This document shows, one piece after another, positions 40,735 to 51,685 of a stretch of DNA of 64,000 nucleotides; position 1 is the stretch's first letter, and each line of letters opens with the position of its first letter. Origin of the DNA: Promethearchaeota archaeon (GTDB taxonomy: Archaea; Asgardarchaeota; Heimdallarchaeia; Hodarchaeales; Hodarchaeaceae); the NCBI GenBank assembly GCA_048938105.1, contig JBHLMN010000012.1, positions 32,001 to 96,000 of the forward strand, in the 5' to 3' direction. A model generated the notes under the pieces. That model ran no database searches, had not been told where the DNA came from, and worked only from the letters and a program-made list of their open reading frames with translations. The position numbers were made by a program, and so were the translations under genes.

Positions 40735-41340
40735 TCATTCATAAATTTTTACGACTTTAGGCATTTTTCTGAATGGTAAATAGAATAAAAAGGTTCTTAC
40801 AATGCTTGATTTCCTATTCCTCAATCGAATTATTGTGGTGGTTAGTTGAGTATGCATATCTTCAGTTTCTTTTATTAAAAACTTCAGATCAGGGATATAA
40901 ACTGTTGAAATCCACCATGTTTCTTCATCATACGGTAACTCTAACAATGGGTTTCGTCTAATGATGTATGTTTTTGCTTCCACATTATAATTGATGTTTT
41001 TAATGATTCTTTCATAAGAATTCATAAAATCTGTATTATGATAGTAGGACAATTCGTGACGAAACTGGCTATAGACCTTTTTTAGGTTAGAAACCCAAGC
41101 TTCTTCCAAGTTAATTAGAACATAATCTTTTTTTATAGGATTAACTTCTTGTTGATGAATAATCTTCCCAATACTTAAACCAATAAACCGTAATTCACCA
41201 TAACAATGTTTTATTAGATCAATGTAATTTTCTAAGAGTTCTATTCTCTGTTCATCCTTCCAAGCAACGAATTTAGGAAATAAATAACCTAAGAAAGCTC
41301 CTAAAGCTATTAACAATACATCTGTTACTAGATCACTCAT
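40735..41340 (-). CDS. Hypothetical protein with N-terminal membrane anchor
   Basis: VLLIALGAFLGYLF hydrophobic helix; GAGGG SD. Confidence 0.7.
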   Translation of the reverse strand: MSDLVTDVLLIALGAFLGYLFPKFVAWKDEQRIELLENYIDLIKHCYGELRFIGLSIGKIIHQQEVNPIKKDYVLINLEEAWVSNLKKVYSQFRHELSYYHNTDFMNSYERIIKNINYNVEAKTYIIRRNPLLELPYDEETWWISTVYIPDLKFLIKETEDMHTQLTTTIIRLRNRKSSIVRTFLFYLPFRKMPKVVKIYE

Positions 41341-41621
41341 ATTGTTTGGCCCTCATTATTGAATTATATAGTTCAGACAACTAGGAAGTGTTGTTTTATA
41401 TAAGTTCATTGAAGTCAGAATCATCTGGATCACTAGAAAAAAGCAGTATTCATTGTTGGCTGGCTCCAACAAAGAGAAAGGATTAGGCTATTCTACTGCA
41501 TTTGACCGCTTCATAATCATTTGAAGTGTCATGAAAACTTGTTTAAAGATACATTGTCTCCAAGTACGTTTCACTAATGTTTTTTGAAACTTTATTTCTT
41601 ATGTTAAATTTTTCAATACAA

Positions 41622-42425
41622 TTATTTTGTATTTGCAAACTTCTCAAACATATTATTAAACTGTTCAAAGAAATAATCATAGAGAAATCCCCCTTTTTCA
41701 CAGATGAATGTTGGAACGTTGACACTGTATGCTTTAATATGACTGAATAATGCAACTATTATTGTATTATCTAAACGGTACATTGAATACACTGGCGCCT
41801 CAGGAAGGAATTTCATTTCCATTTTAGCAGGAAACTGTTCAGATTGCGGAAATAATTTCTTGAAATCATCCTGAGCTTTTTTTATTGAATTAATTATTTC
41901 TTCCTTCTCTTCGTCAAATCTCTTTGATAATTCTTCTACGGTCGAATTACTTTCAAAATCTGGTAAAATTATTCTCACGTTCAATTTCTTATCTCTTGCA
42001 AGTTCTTCTAGATCATTGTAATTCGTTGAACGCCAAGAAGAACCTCGGCATATATATATATCAAATTCCTTAATGCTTTTGAAGTAATCTTCCCAAACAA
42101 TATCTTTTCTGAATGAGGGAGGAGTTCTAATTAATCCAGACAGAATTAAATCATTTGACAAATTTGTTTTGACTAGAATCTCTTCTAAAAAGCTCTGCTT
42201 TCCTAATATTTCCCAAATTAATGCGATTGAAACCGTAACAAGTAAAAAACTTGCGAATTCTCCCACAATGGCCCGCAAATACGGAAAATCAATCCATAAG
42301 TTCTCATTAAGATTTAACAAGAGTAAGGTTAAACCTATCATAGCAGTGATTAGAGATATGATATAAAATCGATATCGAACAACCTGACTCTGTACTTTCT
42401 GTAACCTGGAGTTTTTCATTATCAA
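41622..42425 (-). CDS. Two-TM protein with a PLD-like (DUF5919-like) soluble domain
   Basis: Two N-terminal TM helices, then EFDIY...NVRIILPDFES...YSMYRLDNTIIV pattern; no HKD. Confidence 0.6.
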   Translation of the reverse strand: MIMKNSRLQKVQSQVVRYRFYIISLITAMIGLTLLLLNLNENLWIDFPYLRAIVGEFASFLLVTVSIALIWEILGKQSFLEEILVKTNLSNDLILSGLIRTPPSFRKDIVWEDYFKSIKEFDIYICRGSSWRSTNYNDLEELARDKKLNVRIILPDFESNSTVEELSKRFDEEKEEIINSIKKAQDDFKKLFPQSEQFPAKMEMKFLPEAPVYSMYRLDNTIIVALFSHIKAYSVNVPTFICEKGGFLYDYFFEQFNNMFEKFANTK

Positions 42426-42941
42426 TCATCTTTCAACAACAATTGAAGATTTTTTAAACTTTCTAAAGGTGAATTATAAATATTTTTTAGAGGATTATTG
42501 CCAAATTATTATCTAAATAGAAAAATAGTTCTAAATAAGTCAAAAATGGTTTGTAAAATCATTAAAAGGTTTGTACCAATATCAATATGTAAATAAAGTA
42601 TACTATGAAGAATTGAGTAGATTTAAATGTTCACTCATAATATCACACAATTACTAAGATATAATTATTCAACAATACCAGAAATAAAACAGAGAAGAGT
42701 CTTATAAAGTCAATGAAAACCTAGAGCATGATTTATAGAGGATTGTTATCTCAAGATTCCTTTATTTCCAAAGACAAATAGAAAGACATATTGAACTTCT
42801 AATCTCCTGAAATATACCTTTTTTAGTGAGAAAAATTAATTGAAATGATTCATGATTTTTAGGATTTCCCGCGAAATATATATTGATCTGATATAAGATT
42901 TCCTATCTATTCAATTTTATCAGCCTTGATTGTTCCAATAT

Positions 42942-43337
42942 TTAATCAAGATTGCTTAATGTCCTAATATAAGGAGTAATAGCCTGTTCAAATTTATTAA
43001 GATTTTCTCCTAGATTTAATAATTCTGTGAAAATCAAGCTTAAGGCGTTTCTAAATTTCTTTTCTTTTTTAGAAAGTAAAGGTTTGTCCATAATATTGAA
43101 GTAAAGATTTAGAAATTCTTTTAAGATTTCATTATATACTACCTCGCCTTCAAAAGATTTGTACTGAGTTTTATATTCATTTATCAAAATTTCAAGTATC
43201 TTTAGCTGATTCTGTTGCTTCCTTTCCCGACGTGATTTCCAAATCTCATAAAGAACCCCAATAAGAGGGGGAATAGTCCCTAAATTAATAACTGAAGTAC
43301 TTATCCAAAAAATGTCTTGACTCATCAAAATCACCAA
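42942..43337 (-). CDS. Small hypothetical protein with N-terminal hydrophobic helix
   Basis: 131-aa ORF; TM-like segment followed by basic KSRRERK. Confidence 0.55.
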   Translation of the reverse strand: MVILMSQDIFWISTSVINLGTIPPLIGVLYEIWKSRRERKQQNQLKILEILINEYKTQYKSFEGEVVYNEILKEFLNLYFNIMDKPLLSKKEKKFRNALSLIFTELLNLGENLNKFEQAITPYIRTLSNLD

Positions 43338-43466
43338 AAAGAGTATTTAATTATAGTGAATCTATCATTTCTTGTACATATTTATGAATATTGATTAATA
43401 ATTCCTTTTGAGCTAAGCAAATTTTTTAAATTATAAACAAGCAAAAAAAGTTATATTTGACTGGGG

Positions 43467-45593
43467 ATGTTTTTAATGACAATAAAGATTGGAGACCTAA
43501 ATAGTGAGATTTTAGAGCGAGTTGAAAATTACTTCAAGAATTTAAGAGGTTGGGGGTCCTTATTTGTTAAAGATCCTACTGATGCTGAATCAATTGAAGA
43601 GATAATTTCTGAATATGAAGAATTAGAAAAGAAATTTGTGAATTTCTACGGGGATGCTTTGAAAAATCTTAATGGTTTCAGTAATATGTTGTTATGGGGA
43701 AGAAGGGGAACTGGAAAGTCCACATATCTCACAAAAGCGTTTTTTCAACAAATTTACCAATTTAAAGGAAGAAAAAGAAATGTCCCCATTTTTATAGACT
43801 GTAATTTGTTGTTTAAAGAGGATTTAGAGGAGAATCTTCTGAATATCTCATATTTTTATGCAGGTTTAAAATCTCAGATTGTAAAATCATTATTGTTGTT
43901 CCAAAAAATCCTTCATCATTTTAATAAAAAGAATTTAGTAAGTTTAGATGAAGATGAATTAAGTTGTATCAAATTCAAAGGACCAGAGTTTGAAACTGAA
44001 GATTTCAGTGAAGATTTGGCTAGGAATAAGTATGATTTATTTCTTGAGAAATATTCTCAACAGCTCTATAACAACATTCAGAAAGAACAACCAATGAATT
44101 TTGATAGTATCCTGACCTTTCTTGTTGAACTCAAAAGACAATGGCAAGTACATGGTTTTATTTTCTATATAGATGAAGTTTCTGAATTCTTTATAGCTAA
44201 AGGGCATTTTAAAGAAAGTGTTCGAAATTATTTTTTAGATTTCATATCTAGGGCCATTTTGAATTACAGCAGTTTGATGGTTTTCAAGCTAGTTTTATAT
44301 CAAGAGGCTGATTTTGAGTACCTTCAACGAGGTGCTCCAAAAGATGTTAGAGTTCATCGTAAATACTTTAATTCTTTTGCTGCTCTGGATTTATTTGATG
44401 AAAACAAATATTTTGGAAGAAAAATTGGAATAAAAGGAACCTCGATAAAACGACAATACGAATTGGATTTAAACAAACATATTGATGCCATCTTTAATAA
44501 GGCTTCAAATGATTGGAATCGAATCATTGCTGACTTTGAAAAGAAAGAAATTCAAAACAAAATTTATAAGTATCTTCGTGAAAGTACAGGAGGAACGATT
44601 AGAGAATTAGGTTTCATAATCTCAGAGGCAATAAAACAGTCTAAAGAAAATAAGACCAGACCGATTAATGTTACCATTCCTAATTTAAGAGCTGCTATTA
44701 TTGCTCACTATAAAAAAATCAATACTTCACTATTGACAAAAGAAATTAAATTAATGGAGGAAGTTATAAGCACGAAAAAGAAAGATAGAGACCCTAATAT
44801 ACTTTATTTTACTGATCGAATTAATAGCTCTGATTATAAGCCTCTAGATAAGAATAATGTTGAAAAAGTCTTTAAACATAATTTTTTAGCAGAATTAGAG
44901 CAAAATTTCATTATAAATATTGTTTCAATGTTAAAAACCAATGGAAATACCGAAACAATTTTTGTTTTTCATCCTGGATATGCTTTTCAAAATACTTGGC
45001 CTGATAAAGATATTGAGTTTAATAGTAACTATTTAAGGCATAATTCAATGCATATTGCACTAAATTTAAGGTATAAAAACTCATTTTCAAAGTATTTCAA
45101 GAATTATATTGAAGAAATAGAAGTGGAAGAACAATCCATAAAGAAAAAATATCTAAATATTATAAAAGAGGGTCTTCTAAAAAAAGGGGAAAGTTTAACC
45201 TCAATTGAGAGATTTATCTTTCCTAGCTTGAAGAACCAATCAATTTATGGTCTAAAACTCTTTTGTGAAGAAGTTGGTATTGCATTAACTACAGAGTCTG
45301 ATGAAGAAGTAGCAGTAGAAGTTCCAGATCTTCCGATCGAATACGATGATGAAGAGAAATGGTTCGATGCATATTTAGAACGTGCGAGAAAAAAATTAAT
45401 CAGAACTCAATATTTAAAAGATTATCTAAAAATATTAGAAATAATAAATAATAAAGAAAAGGCTACTTTCGAGGATATTGGCGATGAACTTAATATCAGT
45501 TATCCTGTAAGCCGGAGAAAATACTTTATAAATTTTTTAAAGAAGAAATCGCTGATAAAAGAAATTGATGGAATTTTTCAAATAAAACGTTAA
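43467..45593 (+). CDS. P-loop ATPase (AAA+/ORC-Cdc6-like) with C-terminal winged helix
   Basis: Walker A GRRGTGKST, Walker B FIFYIDEV, STGGTIRE, C-terminal ATFEDIGDELNIS. Confidence 0.8.
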   Translation: MFLMTIKIGDLNSEILERVENYFKNLRGWGSLFVKDPTDAESIEEIISEYEELEKKFVNFYGDALKNLNGFSNMLLWGRRGTGKSTYLTKAFFQQIYQFKGRKRNVPIFIDCNLLFKEDLEENLLNISYFYAGLKSQIVKSLLLFQKILHHFNKKNLVSLDEDELSCIKFKGPEFETEDFSEDLARNKYDLFLEKYSQQLYNNIQKEQPMNFDSILTFLVELKRQWQVHGFIFYIDEVSEFFIAKGHFKESVRNYFLDFISRAILNYSSLMVFKLVLYQEADFEYLQRGAPKDVRVHRKYFNSFAALDLFDENKYFGRKIGIKGTSIKRQYELDLNKHIDAIFNKASNDWNRIIADFEKKEIQNKIYKYLRESTGGTIRELGFIISEAIKQSKENKTRPINVTIPNLRAAIIAHYKKINTSLLTKEIKLMEEVISTKKKDRDPNILYFTDRINSSDYKPLDKNNVEKVFKHNFLAELEQNFIINIVSMLKTNGNTETIFVFHPGYAFQNTWPDKDIEFNSNYLRHNSMHIALNLRYKNSFSKYFKNYIEEIEVEEQSIKKKYLNIIKEGLLKKGESLTSIERFIFPSLKNQSIYGLKLFCEEVGIALTTESDEEVAVEVPDLPIEYDDEEKWFDAYLERARKKLIRTQYLKDYLKILEIINNKEKATFEDIGDELNISYPVSRRKYFINFLKKKSLIKEIDGIFQIKR

Positions 45594-45640
45594 AAGAACC
45601 ATTTCTACGAATTAACCAAAGCCCCTAGGAAAAAAGCAGA

Positions 45641-46141
45641 TTGGTTGGTAAGAGAATAGCAAGTGATTATTATGTCCATCGAAAATATGTAAACAAAATT
45701 CAAAAAGAATTATTTATATTATATGAATTGGCCAAACTTGAATTATCACCTGAACAAGAAAAGAGCTGGAATATTTTAAAAGTTAACAAGAGGGAAAAGA
45801 GAGTTTCATTTTTGGAGTATCCAAAGTTTGATATTGATGCCCATCCAGAGTTAAAACACAGCATAAGCGTTAATCTATCAAAGTCTCCTCCAATTATACG
45901 GATAACACGAGGACGAGGGTATATTCTTCACAGGAAGGAGTTATTTATTGATAAGGACTACCCATTATACGCTAAATTTCATGAACTCACAAAAAAAGAG
46001 GAGGAATTCGGTCTTCTAGACGCCAAAATTGTTTTTAAAGGAAAAAAATTAGGGACTTTAATGGGGAGAAAGAAAATTTGGGAAGAATGGTTATCGTACA
46101 ACAATATAAAAATCTTAGATCATGAAATTGAAGTAGAATGA
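45641..46141 (+). CDS. Stand-alone accessory domain of the DNA-phosphorothioation-associated putative methyltransferase family
   Basis: VGKR...YVH, VSFLEYPKFDIDAHPEL, ILHRKELF, LTKKEEEFGLL, WEEWL: the motif series of that family, without a SAM-binding domain. Confidence 0.7.
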   Translation: MVGKRIASDYYVHRKYVNKIQKELFILYELAKLELSPEQEKSWNILKVNKREKRVSFLEYPKFDIDAHPELKHSISVNLSKSPPIIRITRGRGYILHRKELFIDKDYPLYAKFHELTKKEEEFGLLDAKIVFKGKKLGTLMGRKKIWEEWLSYNNIKILDHEIEVE

Positions 46142-46174
46142 GATTTAGAAGGTGCCTAAAGCTTGACCTGATGG

Positions 46175-47023
46175 ATGGTGAAAAAATTAACAGATTTTCC
46201 TTGGAAGAAAGTCCTTGAAACTGCTGAAATCGATTTAATATCTTGGGAAAGAGTTAGTCCATTAATTAAACATGAAGTGTTTAAGGAATTAAATTTACAA
46301 CCAAAGAATTACATCCCAATATACTCTGAACAGGAACGACAACGAAAATTAGGAACAACTCAAAATATTTGGCCTTTTCGCACAGGAAAAGGTGAATGTG
46401 TTCTTATTCGGGGGAATATGAGTGTCAAGAATACTTACCAAAGTCCAAATACAAAACTAATATTACTCGAAGAAACATGCATTCCAAAATCATGTTCTTT
46501 GGGAAATTCTAAAACGGAGAGAGAATATTTAGCTCAAGGATTTAATTCTCGGGTATTTCATCAACTTTTAATAAATGAGAGTAAGAAAGAAGTATTTCTT
46601 GGAAGCGCTGGCAAACTATACTTGAATGCAAAAGTTCAGTATCATTCCGTTCCTATTAAGTTGAAGAATGTTCAATTTGAACTTGATTGGACTGTGGAAA
46701 CAAGAAATGAAGTTTTACATTTTGAGGCGAAATACTCACCTAAAAAACCAACACCTGAATATATTTTATTTCAAGTTTTTTATCCGACGGTTTATTTAAG
46801 CGAAAAGGTAAAGAATAAAACTATACGACCGTTTTTCCTTGATATTATAAAGGGCCATGGTTTTGTAGATTATCATTTCATGGAGATAGGATACGATGAT
46901 ACATTGAATTTATCTTCTTATAAAGTAGTACCAATCCAAAATACAACAATTCGTGTTAGCTTATCAGACCAACGGTTTCCAAACTTGATGAGTTATATAA
47001 ATACAAATCGTACAAGAAAATAA
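46175..47023 (+). CDS. PD-(D/E)xK restriction-endonuclease-like protein
   Basis: TEREYL...QFELDW...HFEAK...FQVFYP. Confidence 0.65.
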   Translation: MVKKLTDFPWKKVLETAEIDLISWERVSPLIKHEVFKELNLQPKNYIPIYSEQERQRKLGTTQNIWPFRTGKGECVLIRGNMSVKNTYQSPNTKLILLEETCIPKSCSLGNSKTEREYLAQGFNSRVFHQLLINESKKEVFLGSAGKLYLNAKVQYHSVPIKLKNVQFELDWTVETRNEVLHFEAKYSPKKPTPEYILFQVFYPTVYLSEKVKNKTIRPFFLDIIKGHGFVDYHFMEIGYDDTLNLSSYKVVPIQNTTIRVSLSDQRFPNLMSYINTNRTRK

Positions 47024-47455
47024 ATTTCCAAAGGGAAGATAAATAGTTATGTGGCCTTACAACAGTAATTTGTACTACAGTTGAGAATGGGTTTCTAAGT
47101 TATTTTAATTTTCCTTTAAGAAAAATTAATGAGTTTAAAATGAAAATAGATCATCAGATATTAAGTATTATAAGATTTCATAAAAATAAGCAAAAATAAC
47201 TTTATTATGAACATGATCAGCTACCTTTCAAATCGATTATAAATAAGATAGGTAAAATCTAGGTTAGAGATATGATGGAGAGTTTTTTAGCTTGAATGAA
47301 AAAATTTACAAATACTTACATTCCTCAGGGATTCACTTACTTATGAAGATCCTGGGATACATGAAAAACTTGAATAGTCATTTCAGTCTATATTGAGACT
47401 CAATAGATTATTTCGGGAAATTGAAAGAAAATAAAAAAAACCACTGTGATCATTT

Positions 47456-47791
47456 ATGGATTCCATTTTTGTATTAATCAATTTTATAGAAAACGAAAAC
47501 AGAAAAAAAGAATTACTATATCTCGTTGGAGCCCACAAAGAGGCAATAATAGAATTAGATGTAAAATTAACTGGTATGCAGAAAGAAAGAAGCAAAGATT
47601 TCAAACCCTGGTTAATTGTAAAAAATAACACTCGGGGAATCTATTTAATAAATAAAATAATGAAGAAATTTGATCCCTGGGTTTCACTCTGGAAACAGAC
47701 TCCAATTTATCCTCATCAAATCCCAAAAGAAATAGTGGAGGTTGAAAGATGGGATCAAAACCTAGAAGAAAAGATGTTAAAAATAATGTAG
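47456..47791 (+). CDS. Hypothetical protein
   Basis: 111-aa ORF heading the SMC/PAPS-reductase operon. Confidence 0.5.
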   Translation: MDSIFVLINFIENENRKKELLYLVGAHKEAIIELDVKLTGMQKERSKDFKPWLIVKNNTRGIYLINKIMKKFDPWVSLWKQTPIYPHQIPKEIVEVERWDQNLEEKMLKIM

Positions 47792-47910
47792 ACAAGCAAA
47801 TTGAGAAACTTATCCACAAAGATGTTTTTAAAATTCTAAAACAAGGAACCAAAGCTTCAGAAAAAGAAGCAGAAAACAAAATAGATAACTTCATAAGAAG
47901 CTTGGATTAG
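47749..47910 (+). CDS. Small 53-aa charged protein directly before the SMC-like ATPase (not in the ORF track)
   Basis: GGAGGT SD 7 nt before ATG; MGSKPRRKDVKNNVDKQIEKLIHKDVFKILKQGTKASEKEAENKIDNFIRSLD; stop 9 bp before the next ATG. Confidence 0.6.
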   Translation: MGSKPRRKDVKNNVDKQIEKLIHKDVFKILKQGTKASEKEAENKIDNFIRSLD

Positions 47911-47919
47911 GGAATCTTT

Positions 47920-49812
47920 ATGGATGACTGGGAGTTAACTGTTGAAAATATCGGGTGCTTTGTTGGAAAACATTCTTTTCTTTTTAAACAAGGTACAAAT
48001 GTGGTTATTGGGCCTAATGCTATAGGGAAGACGAGTTTGTTGCATGCATTCCAATTATTAATACCTCTGGATTCAAACATCATAGATACGAACATTTTGA
48101 ATTCTTCGTCAATGATTGGACATGTTCGCTTACAAAATGGTAATGATTGTTTTTTTATTGATATAGGGAGACGATCAGACGGTACTGTATGTGTTACCAG
48201 AAAAAAGAAGTTATTAACTGCGAACGAATTTGCTAAACAAGTTATTTTCTTAACAGAAAGCCACGAAATAATGGAAGCGGTGATAAAAGGAGATTTTAGT
48301 ATTTTAAAGGACTGGTTTGTGAGAATAACAGATTTAAACCTTTACCAAAAGGCTTATGGAGCTTGTATGAGGTTAGATTCTCGTTATAGAGACCAAAAAG
48401 ATCAGGAATCAAAACAAATACTAAAAGAGAAACATCGCTTACGCCAAGAACAGAAAAATATGCTTTCTGAAATTCGCAAAAAAAAATCAGTATTCAAAAA
48501 ATATCAGCTTGCATCAATTGCAAAAGAATTTGATTCTGAGCTTGTAACTAAATTTAGAAAGATTTCCTCCGAATTAGAAAGAATAAATAATGAATTGAAC
48601 AAATTAAAATTGGATAAAAATGTCTTAAAGACTCAACTCCCAAAGCTAACAAAGGATAAAGAAAATTTTCAATTAAAACTTTCAAAAATAGGAGAGAATT
48701 TTGAATCTGCAAAAGATCATGTTCAATATCACAATAATGAACTACAAAAGATTGACAGTGAAATTAAGCAGAAAAAATCTGTCCTTAATAAGATAAATAG
48801 AGAAATTTCACGATGTGATATTCTTATTTCGAATTTTATAAACACATTGGATGAAAATATAATCGAATGTTTGCACTGTGGTTCTGTGATATCGCAAATA
48901 CAATTAACCCAAAAACTAAGAACTATAGAAGATGAAAAAATTCATTTTGCAGAACAAAAATTAGAATTAACCAATTCAATATCTGAATTCCTAAATAATA
49001 GAAAAAAACATGAAGAACAACTTCAGGATATTAAAGTAGGACTTCCCAAAGAAGAAAAGGAACTTAGAAAGAAAATCGAAAGCACAAAAAACAAAATAAA
49101 TCGGCAAAAAAAGAAATTAACCGAACTCCAGAAAAGAATAGCGAGTAAAAATGAAGCATTAGACGAAATACAACTTATCTTTGAAAGTCTTCAGGGTCAA
49201 GTGCTGGAAAAATCCGAAAAGAAAAGCGAAATAGAACGCATGGAAAACGAATTACAAGGCGAACTCAAACATATGGAGAAGAGCTTAAGTAGGATCCAAA
49301 GTGACTTAACAAGAACAGAAACCCAGCTTTTAATGCTTAAAACATTTGATATAAAAAGAAAAAATCTGAAAAAAGTAATATATTTTGTCCAAAAAGGCAT
49401 TAAATCAATCCAAGAAAATATCTTGGACAAGATTAACTATCATCTTAACCAAATAATCACTGAATTGGATATACCATTTTTATCATCAATTAAGCTCGAT
49501 GATGATTTCAATCTGAAAATTGTTAGGAAAACAGGGGTACTTGGAGAATTTAGAGAACTTTCTGGTCTTGAAAAAAGATTAATTGCGATTCTTGTTGGTT
49601 TTTCAATAAAAAATGCACTCCTACAAGACTTTCCATTCTTTATTATTGATGAGACATTATATTCTGCAGATGATGAAAGTTTCGAGCAGATTATAAATTA
49701 TATTGGGCAAAATATAGATCTTTTGATTGTAACCCGATTAGGTACAAATCCAGATATTCAAAAGGGCGTATTGAATCAACAGAATATAGTTTATATGGAG
49801 AATGTGGCATGA
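47920..49812 (+). CDS. Rad50/SMC-like ABC ATPase with coiled coil and zinc hook (DndD-analogous)
   Basis: Walker A GPNAIGKTS, central CLHCG, signature LSGLEK, Walker B FIIDE. Confidence 0.9.
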   Translation: MDDWELTVENIGCFVGKHSFLFKQGTNVVIGPNAIGKTSLLHAFQLLIPLDSNIIDTNILNSSSMIGHVRLQNGNDCFFIDIGRRSDGTVCVTRKKKLLTANEFAKQVIFLTESHEIMEAVIKGDFSILKDWFVRITDLNLYQKAYGACMRLDSRYRDQKDQESKQILKEKHRLRQEQKNMLSEIRKKKSVFKKYQLASIAKEFDSELVTKFRKISSELERINNELNKLKLDKNVLKTQLPKLTKDKENFQLKLSKIGENFESAKDHVQYHNNELQKIDSEIKQKKSVLNKINREISRCDILISNFINTLDENIIECLHCGSVISQIQLTQKLRTIEDEKIHFAEQKLELTNSISEFLNNRKKHEEQLQDIKVGLPKEEKELRKKIESTKNKINRQKKKLTELQKRIASKNEALDEIQLIFESLQGQVLEKSEKKSEIERMENELQGELKHMEKSLSRIQSDLTRTETQLLMLKTFDIKRKNLKKVIYFVQKGIKSIQENILDKINYHLNQIITELDIPFLSSIKLDDDFNLKIVRKTGVLGEFRELSGLEKRLIAILVGFSIKNALLQDFPFFIIDETLYSADDESFEQIINYIGQNIDLLIVTRLGTNPDIQKGVLNQQNIVYMENVA

Positions 49813-51677
49813 GTCCTTTCAAATGGTGTTTAAATTGTCATATTCCACTCATTCAAAGTAAATGTGGGAATTCAAGACCTATACCCCATAAAGTAGTAGA
49901 TTTCATTTCTCGAGTGAAACCTGTTGGTAAAAAAGAGTATCAAATGTATAAAGCCCTTTTTGTTAACAATTCTGATACTGAAAGTGAATATACGATAGAG
50001 GATGAATCTAAGAAGGATAGAGCGAAACGTTTTCCCAAGATTCTTTATCGAAGTAGAAATCTACTATATTCTGAAATGTCAGAAGGAACACCTCATTTTA
50101 AGATATTATTACAGAGAGAAAATGATATTGATAATTGGGGATTAACTAATCGGAATATTATACTTCATGATAATAAAAATTACTTTAAAAGGTCCGAATA
50201 CAAAAAAATTAATGAATACTTCTGGACCGATCCTGAATATCGGAAGAAATTAATTGAAGGAAACAAAGAACGACTTGTGAAACTAGAGGAAAAGGCGCTT
50301 AAATTTATTCGTTGGGTTTACAAAAAAAAGAAAGAATCTAAGGTTTTTGTTTCTTTTAGCGGAGGTAAAGACAGCGCGGTAACTGCATATCTAACAAATA
50401 AAGCATTGTACAAAGAATTAGGTAGTGTTCCATTACTTTTTTCAAATACTGATATTGAATACCAAGAAACTGTGGACTATGTAAGAAAAAGAGATCTTGG
50501 TGAGGTTATAGAAGTAAAATCAAAGAATAAATTTCTTGATTTATGTGAAAAATTAGGTCCTCCAAGTCGCACTATGCGATGGTGTTGTTCAACACAAAAA
50601 GCATCACCAGTTAATCAATATTACTCGACAATAAAGAGTGAAATTTTAAGTTTTGACGGTATAAGAAGAGAAGAATCAAATTTAAGAGCTGAATATCCTC
50701 GACACCATCAGAATACGAAGCTACAACGCCAATATAGTGCTTATCCTATTTTAGATTGGTCTGAAATAGAGGTTTGGTTATTTACGCTTTGGCGTAATAT
50801 CCCTCTAAATCCCCTATATGATGAAGGTTTTGCTAGAATCGGATGTTGGGCTTGTCCAAATAACGGTCTATTTGATACATTTCTTTTCGAAAAAATTAAA
50901 CCCGAAATGGCTGATTATTGGTTTAAGAAGCTACGAACTTTCTCAGAGTCAATTTCTAATGAATACGATCACAAATATAAACATGATTGGATTTATCAAG
51001 GAAAATGGAAAGGACGGCGTGTAAAATATCATAATGAGTTAATTGGGGAAATTTCCCAACAAGATTCAAGCTTTGAGAACTTTGATATTGTTGATCCTGC
51101 AGAGGCAATATCAAAATATGATGAATTTCATGATGAAAATTCATTTGAGAATGAATCTAAGCCATGCAGCCAGACCAGTGTAATGGTTGTTTCATTGGAT
51201 CGCCCCTTAAAAGAAGACTCATTCGAATTTCTTAAAATTTTTGGGGATTCTAAACGTATTCTAATTGGAAATCAAACTTTGGTCAAGATAGAAGGACAAA
51301 AATATTCAATTCAGTATGTTGAAAATTCTAACAAAATTAAATATAAAATCCTAGAAAAAGAGAAGAATGAAAGAAACATATTACGTAATAGATTGATTCG
51401 TCAAATAAATAAATCTTTCAATTGTATTAAATGTGCCTCATGTGTTGGTCTTTGTCCTAAAGGAGCGATTAGTGTTATAGTTAACAGATACCAAGTAGAT
51501 TCAAGCAAATGCATTAATTGTTTAAAATGCACTTCGAGCAATCTGCTGAGTATGGGTTGTGTAGCCCTTCATTATAAACCTGATAGACTTTTAGTTGATC
51601 GAAATGTCACGAAACCGTCTTTAAAAGTGAGACATGATTCAGAAATGGTTACTGAATCTCAATTACTTACTACATAG
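49809..51677 (+). CDS. PAPS-reductase-family protein with C-terminal 4Fe-4S ferredoxin (DndC/SspD-analogous)
   Basis: PP-loop SFSGGKDS, RWCC, GIRREES, RIGCWAC, CIKCASCVGLCP...CINCLKC. Confidence 0.9.
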   Translation: MSPFKWCLNCHIPLIQSKCGNSRPIPHKVVDFISRVKPVGKKEYQMYKALFVNNSDTESEYTIEDESKKDRAKRFPKILYRSRNLLYSEMSEGTPHFKILLQRENDIDNWGLTNRNIILHDNKNYFKRSEYKKINEYFWTDPEYRKKLIEGNKERLVKLEEKALKFIRWVYKKKKESKVFVSFSGGKDSAVTAYLTNKALYKELGSVPLLFSNTDIEYQETVDYVRKRDLGEVIEVKSKNKFLDLCEKLGPPSRTMRWCCSTQKASPVNQYYSTIKSEILSFDGIRREESNLRAEYPRHHQNTKLQRQYSAYPILDWSEIEVWLFTLWRNIPLNPLYDEGFARIGCWACPNNGLFDTFLFEKIKPEMADYWFKKLRTFSESISNEYDHKYKHDWIYQGKWKGRRVKYHNELIGEISQQDSSFENFDIVDPAEAISKYDEFHDENSFENESKPCSQTSVMVVSLDRPLKEDSFEFLKIFGDSKRILIGNQTLVKIEGQKYSIQYVENSNKIKYKILEKEKNERNILRNRLIRQINKSFNCIKCASCVGLCPKGAISVIVNRYQVDSSKCINCLKCTSSNLLSMGCVALHYKPDRLLVDRNVTKPSLKVRHDSEMVTESQLLTT

Positions 51678-51685
51678 ATTTAAGT

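Noticed and set aside
42537-42564. Possible extra dif-like site AAGTCAAAAATGGTTTG
   Set aside because: It lacks the CG core and is too degenerate to support.
49809-51677. PAPS reductase as sulfate-assimilation cysH
   Set aside because: No sat/cysC/sulfite reductase nearby; the context is SMC ATPase, desulfurase-like and pbe-like genes.
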